Positions 19,996 through 29,879 of a stretch of DNA of 64,000 nucleotides are shown here, piece by piece. The stretch covers positions 64,001 to 128,000 of IMG/VR virus record IMGVR_UViG_3300032308_002092. The stretch is one strand, 5' to 3'. Each line of letters begins with the position of its first letter. Position 1 is the first letter of the stretch. Source of the DNA: a virus. The position numbers and the translations under genes are program-made. The notes beneath the pieces are model-generated. The model made no database searches, had not been told where the DNA came from, and saw only the letters and a list, made by a program, of their open reading frames with translations.

Positions 19996-20346
19996 CTACC
20001 CACCGTAGTAGAACGGTGAGTCGGGTAGGTAACTGAGTAGGTGTATGGTTTTATTGAGTCCAGTGTACGAATCGACTATAGTTTTTGTTCCCCATCGGTT
20101 TATATTACCTCTGTTGATAATAATCTTGCCAAGTTCTTTACCGTTAGAGTCGATGACTATCAGCAACACGTGTGTATCGAAATTAACAATACCGGGTAAA
20201 ATGAAGTTGATCTGACTTGAATCCAAAGATAGGTTGCCACTGTAAGCGTTTTCTTGTTTTACTACGTATTTTCCTAGATAAACTGTCTCTTTCATGCGTT
20301 CTCCTTTATTACTTCTTGGTTCTCTCGATATACGCTTCGATCTCAC
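19996..20346 (-). CDS. Hypothetical protein
   Basis: ORF, probable start at MKETVYL after AAGGAG. Confidence 0.55.
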   Translation of the reverse strand: MRSKRISREPRSNKGERMKETVYLGKYVVKQENAYSGNLSLDSSQINFILPGIVNFDTHVLLIVIDSNGKELGKIIINRGNINRWGTKTIVDSYTGLNKTIHLLSYLPDSPFYYGG

Positions 20347-20917
20347 TTAGTGGCACCGGGGTGAAGTTCCAGGCATCGACACCCACGTGGATCTGCTGTC
20401 CGCGGAATCTTTGTGCGTTGTGGGTATGTCCATGGATCAGATACTGCCCGTGCTGCTCTGGTCTACGGTCTAGGTACCTAAGGTCGTTCCTAGAGCTTGT
20501 CATCCTAAAGAGCTGTTTGAACCAGCCCACCGCTTTCTGCTTCTTACTGGGGGCGAACGGGTAGTGCTTGATCTGTACGTCTTCGCCTGCTATGTTTAGC
20601 CATAGGTCCTCAAGCACATACTCAAAGCCGAAGCTGAGCATCTTTCGAGGTGAGAAGTCGTGGTTACCACGAACTAGTATCTTCCTGCCGTTTAGCCTAT
20701 CCATTATCTTAGTGCAAGAGATTATGTTCTTTACGAAGAAGCAGTCTCCGACCCACACGCAGATGTCTTCTGGTCCGACTACGGAATTGTAGTTCTTGAT
20801 CAGAGTCTCGTGCATCTCAGTGAGATCCGCAAACGGTCGGTTGCAGAGTCGAATCACGTTCTTGTGGAAGAAGTGTGGGTCTGACCAGAAGAATACTCTA
20901 GCATTTCCAAGATTCAT
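20309..20917 (-). CDS. Calcineurin-like metallophosphoesterase
   Basis: SDPHFFH, VGD, RGNHD, HYP, HGHTH, VGVD. Confidence 0.9.
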   Translation of the reverse strand: MNLGNARVFFWSDPHFFHKNVIRLCNRPFADLTEMHETLIKNYNSVVGPEDICVWVGDCFFVKNIISCTKIMDRLNGRKILVRGNHDFSPRKMLSFGFEYVLEDLWLNIAGEDVQIKHYPFAPSKKQKAVGWFKQLFRMTSSRNDLRYLDRRPEQHGQYLIHGHTHNAQRFRGQQIHVGVDAWNFTPVPLSEIEAYIERTKK

Positions 20918-20982
20918 GTGACCCTCCGTATTTTGTTATTATGATCGGGTATAACTACCTAGTAACCCAAGGAGGATATACT

Positions 20983-21249
20983 ATGCCTATCGTAGCTGCT
21001 AGTCTTAAAGCCAAGATGGAAACTAGGATTCTAAACGAATTGAAGAAAGCATTCTCAGCCGATGGCGCAGCTAGTCCAGATGCGCAGAAGAACTGGGCAG
21101 CTATCGCTAAAGCGGTATCCGCTAGTGCAGAGGACATCTGCGCTATGTTGCTCACAGAGGCTCAGGTTGCGCCGGGTATCCCGGTCGCGACTGCAGGCTC
21201 ACCGGCTGCCCAAACTGGAGCAACAACTTCCCCGGGAAAGCTACTTTAG
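20983..21249 (+). CDS. Small probable virion/baseplate-associated protein
   Basis: C-terminal VAPGIPVATAGSPAAQTGATT motif; AAGGAGG SD; GTATAAC upstream. Confidence 0.5.
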   Translation: MPIVAASLKAKMETRILNELKKAFSADGAASPDAQKNWAAIAKAVSASAEDICAMLLTEAQVAPGIPVATAGSPAAQTGATTSPGKLL

Positions 21250-21849
21250 TCTATAAGACCTAATCACGTTCTTGTTGTTCTTCTTTCTCTCTTCTTCGAC
21301 CTTCTTGCGAGTATCTTGGTTCTTCTGTTCGATCTCATCGAACGCGGTTACCTCTATCTTAGGCTTGTTCTTTAGCTTCTCTTGAGTTAGGTTCTTGAAT
21401 ATAGAGACAACGTTCTCTTCAGGTGCTTGCTCTGTGGTCTCTTCGCTAAGGTCTTCTACTAGTTCTTTTTCGTTCATCTCTGTCTCCTAAGTCTTATCTA
21501 TTATAAGCCAGCCCCTCAGTTACTTCCAGTTCCTTCCTTGAAAGGAGTTGGTCTGACGTTGCTCATCTAAATCAGTAGGTTGCGCGTAAATGGCCGCAAT
21601 GTAGTGGCTTAGATCGCCATGCTCTTGCACACTAGTGTACCACTTAGATACCGAGTAGTCTAGTAAATGAGCCGTGATATCATCAGCTTTTGAGTCAATG
21701 CTGTACCAGTGATGGCCATCTTTGATATACCTAGTGGACTCTGTGACCCTAGAGTTACGGTCAGTAAAGAATAGCACCACGCAGGTACTAGACTTCACAT
21801 GGGAAGAGATCTCTTGGTTGCCTATAGTAATAAGACTCTTGATCATCAT
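21241..21849 (-). CDS. Two hypothetical proteins (21241..21477; 21520..21849)
   Basis: Good SD sequences. Confidence 0.6.
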
Positions 21850-21889
21850 GTCTAACCCTCCCGTTTCATAAGATATATTATATCGGGAA

Positions 21890-22186
21890 TTACGCTTCGG
21901 ATGGATACTCACTATCGTCGCCGTCACCGCGACCATCGCTATTTCCGGTATTGCCATCGCCGTCGGTGTGGCCATAATTAGTGCCAAAGCCGTAGCCATC
22001 CCCGTGGGTAAGTATGAACTGCTCGTCTGCATCTCTGTGACCAGACGCATACCCATCCCCTTCTAGGCAGAAGAAGTAGAAACAATGGTGCTGATCATTT
22101 CCATAGCCGTTTCCACTCATATATTTACTCATATACATAGAGTGGGGTGATCCGCTACCATCTATTTCTAGCTTGCCTGTGATCAT
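21890..22186 (-). CDS. Gly/Asp-rich family member 9 (isolated)
   Basis: LEIDGSG ... PSEA. Confidence 0.8.
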   Translation of the reverse strand: MITGKLEIDGSGSPHSMYMSKYMSGNGYGNDQHHCFYFFCLEGDGYASGHRDADEQFILTHGDGYGFGTNYGHTDGDGNTGNSDGRGDGDDSEYPSEA

Positions 22187-22677
22187 TTATCATACTTCCT
22201 AAACCTAGGTTTAGTGAATAATTCTTTGACACAGTAGTCCCATTTGTCTTTTGCCATATTGATCTTGTTTCGATCGATGTAGGTGCTGATCAAACAACTA
22301 TCGTCATCGTGGTCCTGGTCTATAGCGTGGCCTAGCTCGTGGTACATGGTCATCCTAAGATCGGGCGTCTGCGGGTCGATCACTATAGATCTGATCACGC
22401 CATACTGTGGGGTAGCTTTGTCTTTGAATGAGTTAGATTCCCTCATCCACCCCCACCTACTACGGTGGACACCGATAGTGTTGTCTTCTAAGTCGCCCCA
22501 TCGAATACTAGTTATGGTCTCTTTGGCTACGTTGCACTCTTTGCGGTAGTCGGTATTCTCGCAATCTGCAAAGAACTGCTCTACGTATGGTCTGAGATCA
22601 GGGTCTATGTCCATGTCGTCGACCAACGTAGAGCCGCAAGAGGATAGTAGTGGCAGCAAAACAAGTAGCTTTTTCAC
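22183..22677 (-). CDS. Lipoprotein zinc metallopeptidase
   Basis: MKKLLVLLPLLSSC lipobox; HELGHAIDQDH. Confidence 0.75.
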   Translation of the reverse strand: MKKLLVLLPLLSSCGSTLVDDMDIDPDLRPYVEQFFADCENTDYRKECNVAKETITSIRWGDLEDNTIGVHRSRWGWMRESNSFKDKATPQYGVIRSIVIDPQTPDLRMTMYHELGHAIDQDHDDDSCLISTYIDRNKINMAKDKWDYCVKELFTKPRFRKYDK

Positions 22678-22700
22678 GCGAACACCTCACTGACACTGCT

Positions 22701-23819
22701 TCACTTTACTTGGAACTTATACTCATCTTGAGTTACAAGTCGGAACGTAGACCCGCCGTCTACAGAGATCTCAAGAGCGAGAGCGATCTGTGTTGCTGGG
22801 CCTTGGAAGTAATCGATCGAGAAGGAATGCCATCCTGGTAATGCCCATGCGGTACCGTTCTTGGATTGCGGAGGATGTAGACCGTCGTTGTCGATGATCG
22901 TGATCTCGCAATCGCCAAGGCGGAATCTTGCACCGTCGTCGCTGGTCAATCTGAAAACACACTTGTCGTCTTTGCAAGCAGGTAGCTCGATGAATCCTCG
23001 GTATTGGATGCCGTACCATGTTGTCTTCGTAAATGCCGGCGTAAAGGTGCCTGGGTAGCCCAAGCTTGACTGCCTGTTGAATATAGACAGATCGTTGACC
23101 TTAACCGAGGAGACGGGCGTCATGGAGCTGTAGTTGGGTATCGAAGGCGTGTTGACTGCAAGGTCGTATACGTTGCCCTTGAGACCGAATGACCAGCAGC
23201 CGCCAGCGCAGCCATCGTTGATCACAGTCGTGCCGTTAGCGCAAGTGATAGTGGTCTGACCCAGCGAGTTAGTGCCTAGCGTACAGCCGACGCCATCTTT
23301 TCCGTCTTTACCATCCTTACCAGCAACACCTGTGTTACCAGTATCGCCTTTGTCACCCTTAGGGCCTTGGAGGAGTTTGTAAGCAGTCGAGTCGGTACAG
23401 CGAACCCATCCGTCTGACGTGACTGTGCAAGACGTTCCGTTAGTTCCATTGGTTCCGTTAGTTCCATTAGCACCCTTGTCGCCTTTATCTCCCTTATCTC
23501 CTTTGTCACCCTTAACGGAGACAAACTCAAATGCCAATCCATTAGGACACTTAACCTTAACCATGCCGCTCTCTACTTTGGAGATGCACTGGTTACAGTC
23601 TTTTGAGTTAGGAAAGGCAGGTGGCAGAGCAACTGTTTGACCGCCAGTACATGTAAGCGATGCGCCATCTGGTGTGACTGTGCAAAGCCCGAGTTCTTGG
23701 TCCTGCATGTCTACTGAGCCTTGTGGTGCTTCCTCACCCGGAAGAGGGACAGTCATTGTGGGCTCGCCACCACATGCGGAAATCAACAACGGAACTATAA
23801 AAACAAACCTCTTAAGCAT
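22701..23819 (-). CDS. Lipoprotein with collagen-like repeats and C-terminal PA14 domain
   Basis: ISAC lipobox; GDK/GTN/GKD triplets; FRLTSDDGARF, IIDNDGLH, IDYFQG. Confidence 0.85.
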   Translation of the reverse strand: MLKRFVFIVPLLISACGGEPTMTVPLPGEEAPQGSVDMQDQELGLCTVTPDGASLTCTGGQTVALPPAFPNSKDCNQCISKVESGMVKVKCPNGLAFEFVSVKGDKGDKGDKGDKGANGTNGTNGTNGTSCTVTSDGWVRCTDSTAYKLLQGPKGDKGDTGNTGVAGKDGKDGKDGVGCTLGTNSLGQTTITCANGTTVINDGCAGGCWSFGLKGNVYDLAVNTPSIPNYSSMTPVSSVKVNDLSIFNRQSSLGYPGTFTPAFTKTTWYGIQYRGFIELPACKDDKCVFRLTSDDGARFRLGDCEITIIDNDGLHPPQSKNGTAWALPGWHSFSIDYFQGPATQIALALEISVDGGSTFRLVTQDEYKFQVK

Positions 23820-23832
23820 ACTCTCTCCTTGT

Positions 23833-24414
23833 TTAGAAATTAAATCCACCGGTTACATAGAAGCTTTGTTGTAAAGTAAAAGCAGCACCAAGCGACAAAG
23901 AACTGAAGTCCCTGATATACATAAGCCCGACATCTGGCTCGTACTTGGCTTTAGCGGTTGCGGTACAGCACGAGTCAACCGTGGCATATGGTTGAGTCTT
24001 AGACATACCGAGCAAGAACATCAGTCTGTTTGGGTCAGACACAGTTACCTTCTTGATCTCGGTGCGGATGCGGACGCGTTCGATGTAACGCACTGGAGCT
24101 TCCTTCCTAGATCCAGAAGTATCGCCAACGTTGATATTGAAACGGTTCACGTTGATGTTGTTAACATCTGTTTGAACACCGTCTTTGTCACAGCAAGGAT
24201 CTACCTTATCTACGACCTTAATCTCAGGCTTAGCAACCACTGGCTTGACAACCGCAGGCTTAGTAACTACAATGGTCTTCTTTGGCTTAGGCTTTGTCGC
24301 TTTTTTAAGCGGACACGGAGCCTCTGTTTTAGCTTTCTGCTCTGTTGCTTCGCAGACAGAACCCAAAGCAATACTGGGTAAAACCATTAGATACAAAATA
24401 CCAAGACGCTTCAT
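23833..24414 (-). CDS. Exported Cys-rich protein with C-terminal amphipathic beta strands ending in Phe
   Basis: Signal peptide; terminal FYVTGGFNF resembles an outer-membrane beta-signal. Confidence 0.55.
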   Translation of the reverse strand: MKRLGILYLMVLPSIALGSVCEATEQKAKTEAPCPLKKATKPKPKKTIVVTKPAVVKPVVAKPEIKVVDKVDPCCDKDGVQTDVNNINVNRFNINVGDTSGSRKEAPVRYIERVRIRTEIKKVTVSDPNRLMFLLGMSKTQPYATVDSCCTATAKAKYEPDVGLMYIRDFSSLSLGAAFTLQQSFYVTGGFNF

Positions 24415-24424
24415 ACTATCTCCT

Positions 24425-24700
24425 TTACTTGATTTTCCTAAGACGCAACCTAGTACCTGATGGATTGATTCTCTCGTCTTTCGTTAGCGCACTAGACACA
24501 GCAGAGCTGCAGTACTGTGCAAGCTCTTCCTCGCTAGAGTTCTTCTTCGTTGTCAGCTCGCCTGACTTAAAGACATCAAACAGCTTTTGTGCCACTTGGC
24601 TTTTAAAGCTCTTGTTCTTTAAGAGCTCTTCGTCAATACTAAGCTTGAGCTCTTCTGCTAGCTGGCATACGATTTGATAAATAGCTTCTTTTTGCGACAT
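24425..24700 (-). CDS. Short distant relative of the ribozyme-associated paralog family
   Basis: MSQKEAI...FKSGEL...ELAQYCSSAVSSALTKDERIN aligns by eye with ISGEV...LRSYASSVVANWFNKAPQIN. Confidence 0.55.
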   Translation of the reverse strand: MSQKEAIYQIVCQLAEELKLSIDEELLKNKSFKSQVAQKLFDVFKSGELTTKKNSSEEELAQYCSSAVSSALTKDERINPSGTRLRLRKIK

Positions 24701-24733
24701 GGCAATCTCCTTTGAGGAATGATAAGATCGGAA

Positions 24734-26028
24734 TCATTCGATGTTGTACCCTAGTTCCTTCGCTCGCTTTACGGAAAGGGTTCCTCTCTCTTCTCCAGGT
24801 CGCTTGGTTCGATCTACGCCGTAGCGTTCGAAGTTAACCCACTTGCCATCTAGCTCAGCTAACTGATAAACGATCTGCTGATCGTCGATGAACGAGTGGC
24901 CAACGCCATGCTGTTTAACCAGAGCCTCTACGGTTTCTTTGTATTCCTCGAAGAACCGCTTAACCTCTGCTTTCTTGCGGTCTAGCTCGACTAATTTAAG
25001 ATGCAGTTGTGTTAGTGACATGATCTTCTCCTTTTAGTAGTGTTTCTATAGCTTTCTCGGTCTCGTAGATGTCTATGAACTTCTGGAAGTCTTTTCTGTA
25101 GATTGCAGAGTCGTGCAAGATGAACCAGGAGTATCCCATTGAGCGATCCGAGGATAGCTTGAAAGGACTACCCAAGCACTTGCGTGCGATTCTAACTGTG
25201 CTCAACCAATCTGCGGTAATATTCCTGCACATCCTACCAGCATCTGAGTACTCGCGAAGGGTACAGTTAGATCTAGATCTAATAGTGTTTCTTTTAGCCG
25301 AGGCCTTGTTCTTGACAACTGCATAGCGAAGCATGGTGATGATGTGTTCGCATGTTGTGTCATTATAGAGATTACGCAGATTACAGGGCTGCAAACCGCA
25401 AGACTTGTGCATAACACCTCCGATAGATACTGATGTCTATCGGATCGGGATCTTAATCTTTGATTACTGAGAGGTGTCGTGGCTTGGCTAGCTTGGTGGG
25501 CTCTGGCTTCACTTTGGCTTTAGTGGGTTCTTGCTTTGGCTTGGGCTGAACACGTGGCTTAGTTCCATCCATCACGGACATCGCTTGCTTTAGCTGTGCA
25601 GCTATGACCTCTGACATCTTGGTTGGCTCGCCGTTGAACTGAATCATTGGGTTGTACCCGGAATCGACTGCACGCTGAAGGTGCTCTAATCTCTCTACGT
25701 TAAGATTCATCAGCCTATCTCTAAGGTCGTTCTTATAGAGCGCATGCGAAGCATTTTTGTTAGGTTGCTCTATCTGAGCTAAAAGTTCTTTCATCTCGCT
25801 GTGGCTCTTGTTGGCTGCCTTCATATGTATCTGTGCAGCCTTGGGAACCTCTAGCTCTGCTAGGTGCTCTTTGTAAAAAGCTAGGATGTTGGTCATCATC
25901 CTTAGTACGTATCTGTGCTTGCTTATCTTGCTAGATAGGTAGTACCAGGCTGTGAGAAAACCTAAAGCAAATGAACCAGAGATTAGTAGTGTAACGGCTA
26001 CGGCGGTCTTATCCATGGTTGTGTCCAA
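24734..26028 (-). CDS. Three hypothetical proteins (24734..25021; 24996..25412; 25453..26028 with N-terminal TM)
   Basis: Co-oriented ORFs with SDs. Confidence 0.6.
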
Positions 26029-26036
26029 TCACAACT

Positions 26037-26561
26037 TCAATCGTTGTTCTGCTCATCTTCTTGAACCTTAGAGTACACTAGTGCTGCTAACTCAGCTGTT
26101 GTTAAGCCTGTTTTCTTAAGTCTATCCCTGAATTCTTTTAGCTTCTTGGGGTCGGCATTGTGGCGACCTCTGTTCGCCTTCTCTGGGATATGTCTTGTGT
26201 TATCAGCAGCGTACCCATTTGAGTTTTTCTTACGATCTGGGCTCAGCTTTTCTCCCGCTTTCTTCTCTGCGTTCTCGAAGCTACTTGCCAACTTAGCATT
26301 AGACTCTGATTTGCCTTTGGACTTTGGCGTCGCGGTGCCGTTGCCGTGGTTCTCACGGCGGCGCGCCTGTTGCGCCTTATTCTGGGCCCTTTCCGGGTGT
26401 CCCACTGTCTGCCTGGCTGAGTTGAGCTTCTTCCTACATGCCCCGCATCTGACACCAGGTCCACCACCTGGGACGTCGGTATTGCATCTAACGCACTTAG
26501 ATTTCTCAAGTATTTCGTTTGCCATCTTGTTTATTTTCTCTGAGAGATCTAAGTCGTCCAC
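26037..26561 (-). CDS. Basic protein with CxxC-CxxC, possibly virion-internal
   Basis: GGTATAAT late-type motif upstream; ILEKS and LKKT motifs. Confidence 0.55.
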   Translation of the reverse strand: MDDLDLSEKINKMANEILEKSKCVRCNTDVPGGGPGVRCGACRKKLNSARQTVGHPERAQNKAQQARRRENHGNGTATPKSKGKSESNAKLASSFENAEKKAGEKLSPDRKKNSNGYAADNTRHIPEKANRGRHNADPKKLKEFRDRLKKTGLTTAELAALVYSKVQEDEQNND

Positions 26562-26610
26562 GTGAAACCTCCGATAATAGCTATACTATTATACCACCGA
26601 CACTGCCTCG

Positions 26611-27419
26611 TCAGTCTTGCTCTAAATGCTTGTATTTATTGAGAGTATAAGTTAGGCGCTTCATGATCTCTGTTATCACGGTCTTGAACTCTGAACTAGA
26701 AGATACATCCGCCAATACGTCATAGTATAGGTCAGATTGGTTCTCTATGTGCTTCATCGCTTCTTTCTTTAGTTCTTGCTTTGTTGCGTTCATTCATTAT
26801 CCTCGCGTATAGGTAGTACTCTAAGTATAGAACTCTGTCGAAGTTGTAGCCAAAGGTGTTCTCAAATATCGTCTCTGGCTCTATCAGCTCGAGATCTTTT
26901 AGCATGATGATTAGGGCCATTAATAGGCTTCTGGGTTCGTCTCTATTTAGAACCATTGGTTATCCAAGTTTCATGGACAGATCATCTACTGACTTAAATG
27001 GGATTATACTTCTCTGATCTTGGTCCCAGGTGCATTCGTACACGCGACCGTTGCGAGTCACTACGCCCACCATGAAGCCATTGTCCTCTATATCGGTTAC
27101 TATAGCAATTCGATCGTCTTTCGTGTACCACATGCCTAGCAAATCAAACTCGTCAGGCTCGGTCGGCATGTCTTCAATCACTACATCTAATTCGACTAAC
27201 TTCAGGTGTGAGTACTTCGTGTCTCTCAGATTCATCTAAAACTCCTAGTGGTTTACAAACGTCTTCTAGGAGAAACAACCCACGATACAACATCGACCAT
27301 CCGGTCTCGGTACGGAACTTAAACCAGACGAAGTCATTGACCTCTCCGCCTAGTGGTAGCACTATCTGCTTACCATTCAACTCATAGAGAGACATCGGCT
27401 CCAACATTAAGCCGCTCAT
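26611..27419 (-). CDS. Four small hypothetical proteins
   Basis: Overlapping ORFs 26611..26793, 26732..26956, 26960..27235, 27174..27419. Confidence 0.55.
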
Positions 27420-27870
27420 ACTCCCTCCTCTTCCTCTCGTTGACTATAGCCATGGTTGCTAACTTGTCTGCCATCTCGTTGTACTGGTCACCAGAGTGAC
27501 CCTTAACCCACTTAAACACCAGATCTCTTTGATCTATCATCGATAGGATTTTTACCCAGATATCTTTATGGGCTATTGGATTTCCGTTGGCGGTCTTCCA
27601 GTTTCTCTTGATCCACCCGTCGGTCCAACCTTTGTTTATAGAGTTCACGATGTACTGCGAGTCGGTGTAGACCGTAGTTTTAGTCTTAGGGTCGACACGC
27701 TTTAGGCCTTCGTGTACCGCAGAAAGTTCGCAAAAGTTGTTGGTAGTGTTCTCTGAAACGTATCCGCAGTGTTGAGCCACTTGCCCACTAGGGTAGATTA
27801 TTACACAACCCCACGAGCCCTCTCCGGGATTCGGAGAGCAGGCGCCGTCGGTGTAAAGCAGTATCGTCAT
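27382..27870 (-). CDS. rnhA: Ribonuclease HI
   Basis: YTDGAC..NPG, TTNN.CEL, YTDSQY, WVKGHSG...NEMADKLA. Confidence 0.93.
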   Translation of the reverse strand: MTILLYTDGACSPNPGEGSWGCVIIYPSGQVAQHCGYVSENTTNNFCELSAVHEGLKRVDPKTKTTVYTDSQYIVNSINKGWTDGWIKRNWKTANGNPIAHKDIWVKILSMIDQRDLVFKWVKGHSGDQYNEMADKLATMAIVNERKRREYERLNVGADVSL

Positions 27871-29174
27871 ACTTGTTTTGCTTTGATGTAACCTAAGAGC
27901 ATCTTGTCATACTCGCTTAGGTTAAAGGTTACCTTGATCTTTTGAGAGATGAGCATTAACTCGTACGCTAATCTCTCTTGCTCTCTTTGTCTTTGCAGTC
28001 TTTCGCCACTGTACTCGTTGTCGTAGTTACCATAATACTCAGGCTCTTCGTACGTGCCGTAGCCTTGGTAAGTACTATACATTTTGCTTAGCCAGTGGTT
28101 TGTAAGAGAACTTATCTTTCCACGCTAGTCGTTGAGCTTCCGACCATGGTCCGCCACCTTCTTCGATGATCTTGGCTCTTTGCGCAAGCCATCGATCGCC
28201 ATCCGAGGACTTATTGACTTGCTTTATGAACGGAGAGTCCTCAATTGGGACTAGGTAACCTTCCTTACCCTTCCTTAGAGTGATCTCTAGCGATTCGCTT
28301 GTTTCCACGAAGAGCCTTAGATCTTCTAGACTGCACTCATAGTAGGTACTGCCACCAGCTTGGTGACCTAGTCTGATCTTAGTCACAGAGGCGTTCTCGT
28401 CTGCAATCTCTTCGATGTCATCCATGCACAGAAAAAGAGTATTCTTGGTTGTATGTAACTTAGATGTCATAAATAGAATGTTACCGGTAACTTCGTATCC
28501 GCTTTTCAAAACTTTCTCCAATGCTGTTACTATTCGGTCTGGATGATATGATATCGGAATCGATACTAATCTGGTGGTAGTTTGACTTTATACGCCGTAT
28601 ATGTGATCGTTGGGAACCTGTAGGGGAACAAGAAACTCGAGAAGAAAGGATCTTGAGAATGGTCGCGGACTTTAAACGGTACTGGCTCGACAATGAAGCC
28701 ATTGTCATTGAGGTCTTCTAAGCAACCGTCGTAGTAAGACAGACCCTCTTTTCCTGACCATGTTAGAGACTTGTCCCGGGGAAATATTACTGGTGTCTTG
28801 CCCTCCAATAGGACAGTCTCTACGTCTTTGAGTAGCTTCTCTCTAACTTCTTTATTTCGCTCTAACCTATTATTTTCAATCTGACTTTTAATCTTCTGAG
28901 CAAGATTCATATTTACCTCCTTCTTTCTTGCTGTAGGTAAAATAAGCTACCTATGAATTTGTAAACCCCCACCTTAATCTTTTGTATCTTTGCCTCTGAA
29001 GATATCTCTGTAGTACTTAATGTCCTGCAGCTGACGCATGCGGTTAATATCATCTGCCATCCTGCGTCTGTCTTGCTCTTCGGAAGAGCCGTAGCTGCCG
29101 CGACCTAGGAATATAGGTATCATGCCAATCAATATAAAAACTGCCAACAATATAAAAAATACGTCCGTGCTCAT
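27867..29174 (-). CDS. Four small hypothetical proteins (27867..28082; 28075..28521; 28566..28910; 28974..29174 TM)
   Basis: Co-oriented ORFs. Confidence 0.55.
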
Positions 29175-29194
29175 TAATCCTCTAATTGAGATGG

Positions 29195-29344
29195 GTGAAG
29201 GGTGGGAACCGCGTAGCCCAAGCTTCGAACTTGAAGGTACCGTTCCCTCTACGCAACTTAGGCGCGCGTAGCCTATCTAAGAACAACCCGGGGTTTTAAG
29301 TCCTTCGATTCTTAGGGACAGCCTATGCTTTCTTCTCCCCTCAC
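29195..29344 (-). ncRNA. Candidate structured ncRNA (two pseudoknots plus T-loop hairpin)
   Basis: Intergenic; closing stem GUGAGGGG/CCCUUCAC; GUCC/GGAC with CUAAGAA/UUCUUAG; UAGGC/GCCUA with UACGC/GCGUA; CAAG-UUCGAAG-CUUG inside GGGAAC/GUUCCC. Confidence 0.45.
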
Positions 29345-29372
29345 ATATTTGGGGCTTGCACGGACGCATCCG

Positions 29373-29879
29373 TCAAAGAGTCTTAAAGAGATTCTTATTG
29401 GATTTATACTCGTAAAAGAAATCATTAAGTAATTTCTCAACACCCCCTGCTTCACGTATTTCACTTAGTGTTAGTGTATATGTTCTCATTATGTGAGGTG
29501 CTGGACCTTCATTATGGTCTATGAAGAAGTAACAATGTATTAACTCATGATAAACTATTTGTTTAACCTCCTCCTCAGAGAGGTTTAGAGCATCAACAAA
29601 GCTTACTATTATTAACGGCATTATGTATATGCCCATCACGCCTATGGCTTGACACGTGCCTACTGCGGTTTTGTCCGGCATATTTCCAAAGACTATTTGC
29701 GGTCTCTCTTTAGTAGAGCAGCTTAAGCCGTGACTATCGCATGTGGTGATAAAGCGGTCTACCAAGTCTTCTAGAAAGACATCAGATTTTCTTGGCCCAT
29801 CATACCTAGTGGTGCAGCAAGATGCTAAGATAGAGTAGAGTATGATAAGTATTTTTATTCGATAGTGCAGTCTATACAA
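29373..29879 (-). CDS. Lipoprotein zinc metallopeptidase (second copy)
   Basis: ILASC lipobox; HELIHCYFFIDH; downstream HIM Met-turn-like. Confidence 0.7.
   Translation of the reverse strand: MYRLHYRIKILIILYSILASCCTTRYDGPRKSDVFLEDLVDRFITTCDSHGLSCSTKERPQIVFGNMPDKTAVGTCQAIGVMGIYIMPLIIVSFVDALNLSEEEVKQIVYHELIHCYFFIDHNEGPAPHIMRTYTLTLSEIREAGGVEKLLNDFFYEYKSNKNLFKTL

Noticed and set aside
29340-29372. GUGCAAGCCC as a twister ribozyme; whole 29.2-kb element as tRNA or tmRNA
   Set aside because: Twister pseudoknot partners are missing; no cloverleaf or acceptor CCA end; too short for tmRNA.
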